Of a stretch of 64,000 bases of DNA, positions 23,756-35,340 are shown piece by piece. The stretch spans positions 806,001 to 870,000 of the forward strand of contig CBFDEM010000036.1 in assembly GCA_965603825.1 (NCBI GenBank), written 5' to 3'. The notes below the pieces were generated by a model that was not told where the DNA came from, ran no database searches, and saw only the letters and a list, made by a program, of their open reading frames with translations. The translations under genes and the position numbers were made by a program. The DNA comes from Blepharisma stoltei ATCC 30299 (Eukaryota > Protista > Ciliophora). Every line of letters starts with the position of its first letter. Positions within the stretch are counted from its first letter, which is position 1.

Positions 23756-25030
23756 ATGGACGATATTTCATTGAAAATTAGAAGGGCTCGCAGAGGGAAC
23801 TTAGTGGTGCTTGATCTGAGTAATTCTGGCCTTACTTCTTGGCCAAGTGACCTTCTGAAGATGAAGCAGATTGAGGACTTAAATTTATCAAATAATTCAC
23901 TTACGAATATACCTGAGAATATCTCTGATTTATCAGCATTGAAAAATTTGAATATATCCAACAACTTGATTGCTTCAATACCTGTGCAAATTCTTGAACT
24001 CCCCAGTCTTCAGTATTTCAATTTAGATGGAAACCCTATAAGTCTTGGAAATCTTAGCCCAGGAAATATAGCAAATTCATTGTCAACTTATTTTGCTGAC
24101 GTAAAACCAGATATACAGCAGCAAAGTTTCACACCACAGTTTGAAGATTTTACGTCATCAAAAATAAATGAATTTGCTAAGAAATTGGAAGAGGAAAAAA
24201 AGCAAGTGGAAATTCTGAAAGGCGCACTGGTAAAAAATGCTTTTCAAGGAGTTACTGAAGTGGAGTTTAACGAGCTTGAATTAGGAGAGGTTATTAGCCA
24301 AGGAGGGTTTAGTGTGCTGCATCGAGGAATTTGGCGCGGAACTCAAGTAGCTGTGAAAGTTATTGTAGATCCAATTATAACACCTGAACTAAGAAATGAA
24401 TTTGAAAACGAAGTAGCCATGCTAAACTATTTGAGACATCCTCATACTGTGCTCCTAATGTCAGCCTGCAATAAACCTCCTAAATTAGCGGTGGTCACTG
24501 AGTTTTACGAAGGAGGGACACTCTTTGACTTACTTCATAGATCCAGAGAAAATGTTGACAATGACCTAAAACTTGCATTTGCAAGACAAATAGCACAAAC
24601 CTTTCATTTTTATCATCTTGGCGGCGTAGTTCATAGAGATTTAAAATCTTTAAATGTGCTTCTTGATAGGGACTTCAACATTAGAATTTGTGATTTTGGC
24701 TTAGCGAGGTTTAAAAATGAATTAAATAAGGGTACTATGCAATTTTCAGGGACCCCAACTTATATGGCTCCTGAGTTATTCAAAAAGCAGGCTTATGATG
24801 AAAAAGTTGATGTTTTTGCCTTTGGGACTTTAATATGGGAAATCTATGCAAGAGAAATCCCATATGATGGATTGGATCCGGGAGATATCAAAGAAAAAAT
24901 ACTAAGAGGTGAGATTAAACTGGAAAATCGACCAAACATACCACGAAAGTTTTTAAACTTAATTGATCAATGTCGCTCGCCAAACCCAGGGTCCCGACCA
25001 TCTTTTCAAGAAATTATAGCAGAACTTTAA
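23756..25030 (+). CDS. LRR-containing TKL-group kinase
   Basis: N-terminal LxLSNNxL repeats, then VAVK, HRDLKSLNVLL, DFG and GTPTYMAPE. Confidence 0.92.
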   Translation: MDDISLKIRRARRGNLVVLDLSNSGLTSWPSDLLKMKQIEDLNLSNNSLTNIPENISDLSALKNLNISNNLIASIPVQILELPSLQYFNLDGNPISLGNLSPGNIANSLSTYFADVKPDIQQQSFTPQFEDFTSSKINEFAKKLEEEKKQVEILKGALVKNAFQGVTEVEFNELELGEVISQGGFSVLHRGIWRGTQVAVKVIVDPIITPELRNEFENEVAMLNYLRHPHTVLLMSACNKPPKLAVVTEFYEGGTLFDLLHRSRENVDNDLKLAFARQIAQTFHFYHLGGVVHRDLKSLNVLLDRDFNIRICDFGLARFKNELNKGTMQFSGTPTYMAPELFKKQAYDEKVDVFAFGTLIWEIYAREIPYDGLDPGDIKEKILRGEIKLENRPNIPRKFLNLIDQCRSPNPGSRPSFQEIIAEL

Positions 25031-25194
25031 TAGGAATAATAGAAAATTAGCAATAAGTATTTTGCTTTTATATAGAGTTAGAATTAAGCAGACATTGCAG
25101 GATATTTATATTTATGAATTTTAGCTAAATTTAGAAAAAATCCATTTTATTTCCATTCAAAGTTGAATTTATGGCTACCAATGGCAAATATAAT

Positions 25195-25923
25195 ATGGTT
25201 CTGATATTGCTTCTAATTTGCTCTTATCTCAGCCAAGGCTTTGAGTGTGGATCTAAAGACGAATTTAGACCATCAGACGATGTTTACCCTTTCAAATTGC
25301 ATTCCCTTCCTTATCCAAAGTATTTCTTGATGCCTGTTTTGACAGCTGACATTTTAAGTGCCCATCATGATCATCATCACCAATCATATGTCGATAAAAT
25401 GAATGCTTATATCGAAAAAACCCCTGACTTTCAAGACAAAACTCTAGTAGAACTCATAAATGAAGCAAAAAATGATGAGCATCTTCAGATGTTCGCTGGA
25501 GGTACTTATAACCATTATTTTTACTGATGGGTTTTAACAAGCCAAAAAAATTCATCACCAGAGCCTCAAGGAGCTTTATTAGAAGAAATTAACAAAGAAT
25601 GGGGAAGCTTCGCAACATTTAAAGAAGAGTTTGAAAAATCAAGCAGGATGCTATTTGGATCAGGATATACGTGGCTCTGTGTTAATTCAGACTCAAAGTT
25701 GGAAATAAGAAACACTGTAAACCAAATTAACCCATTGATGGGAGTAGATGGAAGTTTATGCTACCCTGTGTTGACTAGCGATATATGGGAGCATGCTTAT
25801 TACTTGAAGTATAAATGGGACAAGACAACTTATTTCTCATCATTTTGGAAAATAATCGACTGGTCCATAGTTGAGATGTTCTATGAGAAATATGCTTCAA
25901 ATTTGCAGCCAGTTCCACTGTAG
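25195..25923 (+). CDS. Fe/Mn-family superoxide dismutase (Mn-type signature) with predicted signal peptide
   Basis: HHDHHHQSYV, GGTYNHYFY[TGA=W]W (25525), FGSGYTWL, NQ and DIWEHAYY. Hydrophobic leader MVLILLLICSYLSQG; alternative ATG at 25171. Confidence 0.92.
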
Positions 25924-26072
25924 TGTATTGCCATTTTTTTAATTTTTATATTAAAATATCTTTTTTAATGATTAATAATTATTTTCTGATACTTATGTAT
26001 CATAAAGATAAGCTCTCCTATTAATTCAGCATTAATTCATAATAAATTACGGGAAGTGCTTTAAATCATAAA

Positions 26073-27065
26073 ATGGACAAAGGGTATTTTTTAGATTCAT
26101 TTGATGAAAGTGGTTCAAAACTTGAGTTTCCTCTATTAAATACTGATCGCTTAATAGAGGAAATAGCTGAGCTCAAAGTCATGCATACTGGCTTCATGAA
26201 TTTCATGGAATTTGACGCTCAAAAAGACACACACTTGAAAATGCAAAGCATGTACAGTGAGTTCTGCACTGTTGAGCAAAGCATCAATGTATTTAATATT
26301 GATCTGAGCCCCAAAACAAAAGTCCCTATACTGAGTTTTGAGGAAGAGTCAAAATATGAAGAAAATCATGAACCGCCATTTTGCCATGAAATACAAAGAG
26401 CATATTGTTTAATATGTCTTCAAGATAACGTTGAGTTTGGTACACTGGGTTGTTCAGACAGTTATTGTGTTTCTTGTATTAAGCTTATTCTTGAAGATTT
26501 TATCAATAATTTATTAGTCCTTCCATCTCACCCAGCGTGCTATATATGCTCTCTACCAATTTCTGATGAAATTTTCAAAAAATACTTAAATCCGGCTTTA
26601 TACAGCCATATGCTAGTTTTACGAGAAAAATTGCATCGGGATCAATTGGTGGTATCAGGAAAAGCAATTCATTGTATAGTTCCTGATTGTGAGGGCTATG
26701 CGTTTATATTCCCAAATGAACAGACAACAGCTTGTATAGTCTGTCGTGCCTCTTTATGTGTCAAATGTAAACGAGGTACGCATCCCACTTTGACTTGTGT
26801 AGAAAATCAAGCTTTGAGCGCTAATGATTCGCTTGATGATATTTTATTTAGTAGGAAATGGAAGAGGTGTCCGTGCTGCGGAATTCCTGTTGAGAAGATT
26901 GAGGGCTGTAATTATATTGCATGCTTTTCTCCTATATGCAAAGGGAAAAAAGGCTTGTGCTATAAATGCGGTAAAGAGCTAGATGAAGAGCAGCATTTTT
27001 CACACTATACAAATAAAGGTCCATATGGTGATACCTGCAATACTCTTGATGGGTTGCCTGGGTAG
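26073..27065 (+). CDS. RBR (RING-IBR-RING) E3 ubiquitin ligase
   Basis: CLIC...CVSC RING1, CIVPDC...CIVC...CVKC...H IBR, and KRCPCCGIPVEKIEGCN RING2. Confidence 0.88.
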   Translation: MDKGYFLDSFDESGSKLEFPLLNTDRLIEEIAELKVMHTGFMNFMEFDAQKDTHLKMQSMYSEFCTVEQSINVFNIDLSPKTKVPILSFEEESKYEENHEPPFCHEIQRAYCLICLQDNVEFGTLGCSDSYCVSCIKLILEDFINNLLVLPSHPACYICSLPISDEIFKKYLNPALYSHMLVLREKLHRDQLVVSGKAIHCIVPDCEGYAFIFPNEQTTACIVCRASLCVKCKRGTHPTLTCVENQALSANDSLDDILFSRKWKRCPCCGIPVEKIEGCNYIACFSPICKGKKGLCYKCGKELDEEQHFSHYTNKGPYGDTCNTLDGLPG

Positions 27066-27617
27066 CCATAGAAGTTATATAATTTCTACTAGTTTAGAAA
27101 TAAAATGGTTCATCTTTTGTTAGAAGCTTAGTCTGATTTAATTCTAATTTATTAGCATAGAAAAACGATAAAAAGCTTTTTAAAAGTAGCGATAATAATA
27201 TTTATTATATATAAAATCAAAAATCCTTGGCTTTTATTCCGTACCCGTAGTTTATTATATTAAAGTATAAAATCAGAAAGTTATTTTCCTATTGGACTAT
27301 TCAATTTTACTTACATTTAATTCATGTAATGATAATGGTGAATAAATTAATTATAAATAAGATCCGTTTATTAGTCTAATTATGAGTTCTATTTGATAAA
27401 ATTGGAAAAATTTAATAGTTGTTTTTGGTTTCTCAACTAAGAAATTCTATTTTAAGTTGATATAAATTTATAAAATTATTGTTTATACTGCAACAAGCAG
27501 AATAACTTTGCTTAAAAATGCAAAATGGGTGGGCTTAGATCTTAAATCAAAATTCACACCAAAAGCTGGATGAAAACCACATAAATTAAGAAGAAATTAA
27601 ATTCATTAAATTAAATA

Positions 27618-28775
27618 ATGGGAATTTGCTTTAGCAAGCCGAAAGTTACAGATCTTTCTCTAACCAGAGAAGTCAAAGAAGATGATTCTGAAAACAAACC
27701 TCGTGCAAGACGGCAAAATGTTCGATTATCAGTTGTAGCAGCAGCCGGTCCTGAAAATAATATCGAAGAACTTCCTGAATCAGCAAAAACAGTCGCAGTA
27801 GAAAGCATCAAATCCAATATTGAAACCAGCCGTCCTAAAATTGAATTCAGAGTCAAAGTAGAAGGCGAACTGCCAAATGGCCACCAACAAGGCTTCGAAG
27901 ACAAAAAACAAAAAATTGAAGGAATAAGTGACATTTCAGAAATCACTCCTTTAGGCATCGGTTTTGCTTGCAAAAAAGGTTTAAAGCCAGACCAGTTCAA
28001 CCAAGACGATTTTTCAATAATAGTTGACCCTGATTTCAAATTTTTCGGTGTTTTTGACGGTCATGGCTCATATGGTCACCGTATATCAAATTACGTCCAT
28101 TCACAGCTTCCTGAGCTAATCATATCTCACCCTTCATTTTCCATAAATCCTCAGGAAGCTATCAGTGATAGCTTCCAAAAAGTAAACCAGTGCTTATTCA
28201 GCCAATGCTTACGACTTGAAAGCAATTTTGATTGCAAATTTTCAGGCACTACTGCAACTACAGCATTTATAATGAATAACCATTTGATAATAAGCCATGT
28301 TGGAGACTCCAGAGCTGTTTTAGGGGTCAAAAAAGATAATATTTGTGAAGCCAGAAGAATTACAACTGACCATAAAGCAAATGTCCCGAGTGAAATGGAG
28401 CGAATTATATCAAATGACGGAGTAGTCAAAAAGCTTCCTGATGATTTTCCATATAGGATTTTTGTAAAAGGTAAAGAATACCCTGGATTATCTACAAGTA
28501 GGGCTATAGGAGATTCTGTTGCACAAACTGTCGGCGTTATACCAATTCCAGAAATCCACGATTTAGAGATTACTGAGGATTTTGAGTTTCTTCTAATGTG
28601 CAGTGATGGGGTGTGGGAGTTTCTTTCAGACCAAGAAGCTATTAATATTGTTAAAAAGTACGAAAAAAATACCCAGCTTGCCGCTATGAAATTAGCAAGC
28701 TCTGCTTGGTCGAAGTGGATTGAGCACGAAGAATCAGTCGTCGATGATATAACAGTGATTGTAGTTCATTTATAG
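27618..28775 (+). CDS. PP2C/PPM phosphatase with N-terminal acylation motif
   Basis: MGICFS (myristoylation/palmitoylation-like), NQDD, GVFDGHG, HVGDSRA, CSDGVWEF and DDIT. Confidence 0.93.
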   Translation: MGICFSKPKVTDLSLTREVKEDDSENKPRARRQNVRLSVVAAAGPENNIEELPESAKTVAVESIKSNIETSRPKIEFRVKVEGELPNGHQQGFEDKKQKIEGISDISEITPLGIGFACKKGLKPDQFNQDDFSIIVDPDFKFFGVFDGHGSYGHRISNYVHSQLPELIISHPSFSINPQEAISDSFQKVNQCLFSQCLRLESNFDCKFSGTTATTAFIMNNHLIISHVGDSRAVLGVKKDNICEARRITTDHKANVPSEMERIISNDGVVKKLPDDFPYRIFVKGKEYPGLSTSRAIGDSVAQTVGVIPIPEIHDLEITEDFEFLLMCSDGVWEFLSDQEAINIVKKYEKNTQLAAMKLASSAWSKWIEHEESVVDDITVIVVHL

Positions 28776-28864
28776 ATATATTACAATTATACCATTTGTA
28801 GATAAAAAATGTTTATAAGTCAAATTTTATAAAGCATGTTATTAATTAACAAGAGAATTATTCT

Positions 28865-31339
28865 CTATTGCTCACTAATGATTGAATCAGTTGTGAACAC
28901 ATCTTCCAAATAATCATTCATATACATGAATTTATTCATTTCCTCCAGTAACCCGAATGAAATGTGAATTTCTTCCACATCATGAATCCAGTCCACGATC
29001 ACTTGTATGCAACCTTTTGCAGCGTTAATTCCGTACTCCTTTTGTACCGCACTTGGCTCGTTTTGGTCTTTAATGAGATCTACTACAAAGCTATAAAACC
29101 ACTCATAGATGCTTAGTAAGTTATCAGTGAGTGAACTAATAAATTCAGAAGTAAGGCTTGCAGAGGAATTAATTATATATATCAAAGACAATATTACTTC
29201 TTGCCTGAAGCATCTTTGATACTTTAATACATTGAACTCAGTCAATAACAGCTTTTTATCAGTCTCTAAAGAAGAAATAAGTCCAGAAATGATAGTCCCG
29301 CTATATGAGTTGAGTTCTATATCATAATCTCTCAAAAGCTGACAAGCATTTATTCTTGTCCTATAGTTATGATGGTTTCGGATTGTTTCCAAAAATATTG
29401 GAATTAATTGGGAAGAAAACCGGGAATGAGGCATACTTGGGTTTGCAAAAAATTTGAATAAAGCATTGCAAGCATCCCATCCTACCTTCGCGTTTTTGTG
29501 CGGAAGTCCACTGATACAGATTTCAAGCAGCTGTGGGGTATAAGTTTTGATTTCTTTATAAGAAAAAGTTTCGAAAAGGTTTCCAGCTGAAATTATGGAG
29601 CTGGATACGATTTTTTCTTTTTTACTGTCTTTGCCTTCTTCAAGGGCTATCATTATTTCAGGGAGTTTTTTAAATGACTCTTCGTTCATGCATAGGAAGG
29701 AAAGTGCTAGGGAACTGTTTATGACAACATTTTGGTTAGTGGATTGTCTAAGAGATAGAACAAAATCAAGGATTAAGTTGAAGCTGCCGCTTGGGATCGC
29801 TTGATCTTTGGCAAGGGACCCAATAAGCTTCAGAGCTGAGCATCTTAATGCTGGCAAAGGAGATGGGGAATTGTTGAGGTTTTTGATAAAATTAGAAAAT
29901 TGCTGGAACTGCTGAGGAGTTATTTTATTGAATGATGGCAAAACTGATAAGGTATTTAAGCCTGAAATAAGCTTATTTGTTTCATCATATCTGATAAGGA
30001 TAAAAACTTTTTCAATTAAATAGTCAATCATGGGACATTTTTGGTCAGCTTTGATATACTCTTCCAGTACCTCAAAAGCAGAAGACTGAACTCTAGTATC
30101 TTCATGTGCAATAGCTTTCGATAGCTTGTCTTTCAGCCAATCTGTCATTTTATTCAAAACCTCTGGATATGATCTGGCAATTTTGCTTACTAATTGCAAT
30201 CTCTCAGCAATAAAATTGCCACTATTTAAAATTCCTTGGGTAAATTCTAACGTTAGAAATCCTCTTAAATCTTCATTAGTTTCTTTAAATGCTGATGTCA
30301 AGGCTGAAATTACCCCTATTTTGACGTTATTTTCTTTGCTCTTGGCATGACAAATAATTGATTTAATAAGTGGTTTTGCAAGTCCTTGGTCAAAGCTTGC
30401 ATAATTCGTTGCAAAAAGAAGGGCGCTTGCAACTCTAAGTAAAGCACTTATCAGCTCAGGGTTTTGTTCATCATCTAATAGCCTGGTTAAAGCATCATGT
30501 AAATTCACTACAGCATATTTCATGCACTGAGTTAGTGAAACATAACTATAATTACACTCCTCGAAATTTACTTTGGAAAGAGCAGAATTTTCAATCATGA
30601 CTGATAAGGTGGTGGCAGCTGCAATTTTTACTTTTTCTGATTTTTCATTGAAAAGTATATATGTCAAGGATTGATTATAAAATGGTGAATTTTCAGGTCT
30701 ATGAGAAGTTGGGATAAGCCAAGACCAGAAGGAGAACAGAAATTGTGAATGCTTCTTGAACAAGTTCTGAAGGCACAGAAGAGCACAAGTTTTGATTTTA
30801 CTGTAGTAAAATTCTTCAGAATTATAATTGTCATCACTTGAGCAATCAGATGATGCAGGAGACGATAAATCGTTCTGATAATTCCAATTAGGATTATTAG
30901 CTGCGCCTAAAAACACTACTTTTTCTAGCGCTAAGTACATAGAAAGTACTTTATTTGGCTCTTCAGGTGGCAAATGAGGCAATGCGTATTGGAGACCTCT
31001 CATGACATTATAATAAAGCTTCAGCTCATGAATCGAATTAATCTTTTTGGCTATGCTTAGGTTTAAAAGAAACTGTACAAGAATTGGCTTCATAGGGACT
31101 GCACAATATTCAGATTTCATAAGCAAGTTTGCTATGCAGTTTAAAGCAAGTCTGCAAATTTGTTCACCGTACTTTAGAGAACAATATTGCTGGATTGAGT
31201 CAAGAACTGTTTTCTCAATCTTTTGGCTTGGGATACTTATTGAATAGCAAATTGTCCCAAGAGTTGTTAGAAGTCCTGAAGTTCTGTGTGACCCGTGTTT
31301 GAGTTCTTTTGAAATTGATAGAATGTTTGTACTGCTCAT
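28865..31339 (-). CDS. HEATR6: HEAT repeat-containing protein 6-like
   Basis: Helical repeats. LFSFWSWLIP...SLTYILFNEKSEKVKIAAATTL, NAKVGWDACNAL and NYRTRINA resemble HEATR6. Confidence 0.7.
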   Translation of the reverse strand: MSSTNILSISKELKHGSHRTSGLLTTLGTICYSISIPSQKIEKTVLDSIQQYCSLKYGEQICRLALNCIANLLMKSEYCAVPMKPILVQFLLNLSIAKKINSIHELKLYYNVMRGLQYALPHLPPEEPNKVLSMYLALEKVVFLGAANNPNWNYQNDLSSPASSDCSSDDNYNSEEFYYSKIKTCALLCLQNLFKKHSQFLFSFWSWLIPTSHRPENSPFYNQSLTYILFNEKSEKVKIAAATTLSVMIENSALSKVNFEECNYSYVSLTQCMKYAVVNLHDALTRLLDDEQNPELISALLRVASALLFATNYASFDQGLAKPLIKSIICHAKSKENNVKIGVISALTSAFKETNEDLRGFLTLEFTQGILNSGNFIAERLQLVSKIARSYPEVLNKMTDWLKDKLSKAIAHEDTRVQSSAFEVLEEYIKADQKCPMIDYLIEKVFILIRYDETNKLISGLNTLSVLPSFNKITPQQFQQFSNFIKNLNNSPSPLPALRCSALKLIGSLAKDQAIPSGSFNLILDFVLSLRQSTNQNVVINSSLALSFLCMNEESFKKLPEIMIALEEGKDSKKEKIVSSSIISAGNLFETFSYKEIKTYTPQLLEICISGLPHKNAKVGWDACNALFKFFANPSMPHSRFSSQLIPIFLETIRNHHNYRTRINACQLLRDYDIELNSYSGTIISGLISSLETDKKLLLTEFNVLKYQRCFRQEVILSLIYIINSSASLTSEFISSLTDNLLSIYEWFYSFVVDLIKDQNEPSAVQKEYGINAAKGCIQVIVDWIHDVEEIHISFGLLEEMNKFMYMNDYLEDVFTTDSIISEQ

Positions 31340-32632
31340 CGGTTTATATTATCAGAAATATTTAATATTAAATCAAATTGTCATGGACTAAATATGGACC
31401 CATTGTGGGAACTATTTTCAATTTACTTGTGCGTTTTCTGGTCAGTTGACCGAAACAAAAATGAGTAACGCCGTTTTTACAATATAGAATTAGTTGGACA
31501 ATTAGTTTTATATAAGTTTAAAGAATCTTGTGAAAAATAAAATTCTGATAAGAAGATGAAGCGGAGATTCTGTATATAAACAATGGTGTAACTTCAATTT
31601 TAAAAATTCTTAAATTTGCTAAACAAAATCAGTTTTAAATTATCAGAGCATATTTTCATTTAAAATTACAGCTATTACTAATAGGCTAATTCAAAAAAAT
31701 CTCAACTTTGGTAAATTTCCAAAAAATTTTATTTAATAACAATATCTTGATAACAGTTGTTATTTGATAAATCACATCTTAAATTTATTTAATAACTTTA
31801 TTCATAATGTACAGAAGAAATATAATTGATTTCCTTGTTATTATACGAAAAATAGTAAACATATTTTAAATAGTTTGACATAAAATAGATAATGAAATTC
31901 CTATTTATAGTAATATTAAAAATTAAAAAAAAGATTATAAATACTTTATTTGCATGGTAAAATAAGAAAAGGAAGCTATTTCGTAATGCTCATAATTTAA
32001 GTGGAGAGTTCGTAATCTCATAAACCATTTTTTATATTATTGTATAAAAATTAATAATTCATGGGATAGTAGTAACAAATTGCGTACAAACGATAGCTCA
32101 AATATAGCAAAAATTTACATCTATAATGTAATTAGAGATGAATAAGGAAAAATTTTATACCAAAAGTATCAATGAATCTACCAGAACTATATATAAGAAG
32201 AATAAGAAAAAGAGATATCATAGATGCAGACAAGTCAAGTGTGAAATACTTATGAGTTGTGATATCGTTTGAAGTATATGAAGCAGAAAGGTGTCTTTCT
32301 AATTATAACCAATCTCAATATATATGATTGTTTCTAAAAATATACTATTTTAAATGTGTACTTTGAGCTTTCTTAAATTACTAAGAAGAAAAATAAATCC
32401 ATGAATATTCTGAATCAGCGAAAAGTTTTTCAAAACTTTAAATGTTTTAAACAATTCAAATTGCCTTTTGACACTTTAAAAAAAGAAAAACACATTTTTA
32501 CAATTAAAAGCTTTGAGACTTAACTCATCATTTATCGCTTAAGCTAAATATATAAAAATTTAATTTAGGCATAGTAAATAGCATATTATCTTATAATTAT
32601 CAAAATATACCAATTAGAGACTTGGAAAATTA

Positions 32633-33349
32633 TTAACATTCAAGCTTTTTCTTCATTTCATTCATTAATGCTCGAATGTTTCGATGATGAGAGTTCACAA
32701 AATTGAAATCACTAGCATAGACAAGAGCTTCTTTAATCTCATCAGCTTGTCCATGCAATTTCAGATCTTCTCAAATGCCTTTCTTTCTTGGTATTCTTTT
32801 CACTGAGCTTTTTTTCCTCTCTACAGCAGACTCTCTTTGTAGATTTGGAAAAATAAGTTTCCTTGGTAATGATTTTTTTCTACTAAGAATGCTATCATTA
32901 TTTGATGACTCTAAATCAGAAATTGACTTGCTGTGTTTTCCGTTGCCATTTAAAATATCCAAAAGAGATTTAGAGGAAAATGAAGGCTTAATTCAGCTTT
33001 GAGGTTTATAATAGCTCCCAACAGCAGGGTTTGATGATCTTCTTGCTCTTGAAAGGAGAAGTTTTTTAGTTGTTTTTGGAGTAATAATAATTTTTTCATG
33101 AAGAGGAGTCAAAATTGGCTTTTTTGTTTTAGAAGATGGGGACTTAGAAGAGATTAGTCTCCCCATCCCATCTCTTTCATTGAGAAATGGGATAAAGTAA
33201 TCATCTTGTATAAATACTGATTCATCAGGCAATTGATAAGGAATTGTTGATTTAATTTCATCAACCAGAGATTTATTCAAATTTATCAGAGAAGTGTTGG
33301 TTGAGTTCTTTCTTAATAGCTTGAAAGTATATCTGTCATTATTTGACAT
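32633..33349 (-). CDS. Hypothetical basic protein (~238 aa)
   Basis: Two track ORFs join through TGA 32993 and 32771 to TAA 32633-32635. Confidence 0.7.
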
Positions 33350-33448
33350 TTTTAACAGAGAATTGTAATATATTCAATAGTTATTATATTTTATTTTATT
33401 AATTTATCTTTAATAACGAATTTCTCGTCAAAATGCCAGTTAAATATA

Positions 33449-35075
33449 ATGTCAATAGGACTTAAAACCGAAATTTTGGGAAATAAACAAGAAAATATTG
33501 AGAGGGCTAATACCAGCTTGAAATCAAAAAATATTAACTACAAAAATTCTTATGGACATACTCCGCTTGCACTAGCAGTGAAAGAGGGACATTTAGAAAC
33601 TGTCTGAGAATTAATTAATCAAGGCGCCGATATAAATGCAACTAATGATGTAAACTTTAGTTCAGTAGGTAGGGCAAAGTATTCTATTTCTTGCTTGTTG
33701 GCATAATCGGGAGAATCTTGCAAAATTGCTTATAGATAAAAATGCTAAAATTGATTTAGCAGACAATAGAGGTTGAACGCCTTTGACAATTAGTGTTTAT
33801 CATAACTACACTAATATTATCGAAATTTTATTGAATGCTGGCTGCAATGTTGAATATAAGGATTGTGTAAAAATTATATAGTTTGGAAAAACGCCTGCTG
33901 AAAGAGCAAAAAATATTGATACAGTTATTCTATTGCAAAAGGCAGCGGAATCAAGAAAAAATAAACGGTGAAATTTAGCCTCTTCAGCAAAAAATCCTAC
34001 AGAAAATTTATCAACAAGCCTTGATTCAAAATATAAAGAAATTCTGGCTGGAATTCCTATTAAATCAAGCCATAGCCGGCATATTAGTGAAGCCTTGATA
34101 TCTATACAATCAGAGCCTTCTTTTAAATCTTTTTCACGAAACACAACCCCAAATAGGCTGAAAACAAATTTAAGCACAATTTCTGAATCTGTTAAGCCTG
34201 ATTTTAGAAGAAAAATAAAAGAAGGAATGGAAAATTACATAAATAGCTCTGCCCGTAAATTTGAAGAAAAATTTAAAAATGATTGATTTAAAAAAATGGG
34301 ACAGACTTTGAATGAGCATCTAAAAAATACCAAAATATCTTTAGAAAAAGAAGCTGAAAATCTTTTGAATAAAATATGAAAAGATACATCCATTAAATCA
34401 AAAGAAATTATACCAAAATTAAACTCTCAAAAGAAAAATGAGCCTCATTGCAGAAATAAAATAAAAAAAATTAGATCATATAGTGAAGGAAATATTAAAA
34501 TTGAAAATTCAGTTTATATACAAACAGAATCAATAAATGATGTTGCAAGCCAAATACTTAGACATGCTGAGCGTCAGTATATGAAAATTCAAGAGAAAGC
34601 CAAAAAAGCAAGCCTTTCAAAAATAGCAAAAGAAATAAACACTAAAGTTTCAGAAAGCAAGCATATCATAATTTTGAATTTTCAAGATACTTTAACTAAT
34701 GTAGAAGCAAGTCTGAAAAGCCATATAGAGAATACCTTGAATAACAAGTTAGAGGAAATTTCTTATCAAAATTTTTCATTTTCTAATCGATACATTGAGC
34801 CTGTACCAAAGAAAGATGAAGATTATTCATTTATTGATGATATTATTAAAGACAATCCAATGGAAAATGATATATTTCAAAAGAAAATTGCTGGTTCTGG
34901 TGAGCGAAATGACTTAAGCCAAGATAGTGCCTTTGATTATATTGAAAGCATAACTAAAAATTATGAGCAATATAGAAGTCCTCAGGCAATACCCTCTAAA
35001 AGCAATCTTAAACCCAGAAAAGTTGATAACTTAGCTAAGGAGCAATCATATCTTAGAGAAATGAATCTAAAATAG
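33449..35075 (+). CDS. Ankyrin-repeat protein with coiled-coil C-terminus (~530 aa, two introns)
   Basis: GHTPLALAVKEGHLETV, GQSILFLACW, G[TGA=W]TPL and GKTPAERA. Introns at 33650-33668 and 33867-33881. Mostly missed by the ORF track. Confidence 0.82.
33650..33668 (+). other. 19-nt intron with tandem CAG/TAG acceptors
   Basis: GTAAACTTTAGTTCAGTAG; only the 19-nt form restores ankyrin spacing ADINATNDVGQS. Confidence 0.7.
33867..33881 (+). other. 15-nt intron
   Basis: GTAAAAATTATATAG; removal restores KDCFGKTP. Confidence 0.88.
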
Positions 35076-35340
35076 GTTAGTCAGCAAATGCAGCATGATC
35101 CTTAAAGCATATATAATCAAGAAGAGCAACTTAAGATTAATTAGCATATTATATAGGCATATTTTAAATATCAAAAGTCTTTAACTTATCATCATTTTAT
35201 TTAAATTTGCTAATGCAAAATTTATATAATAAATGGAGTTTTTCTCAAGTTCACATAATGAAACCAATTGAAAACTACTAATTAATTAATCACTGTTTAC
35301 GAAAATAAATCTTAGCAAAAACAAAATAATTCAATGCAAT

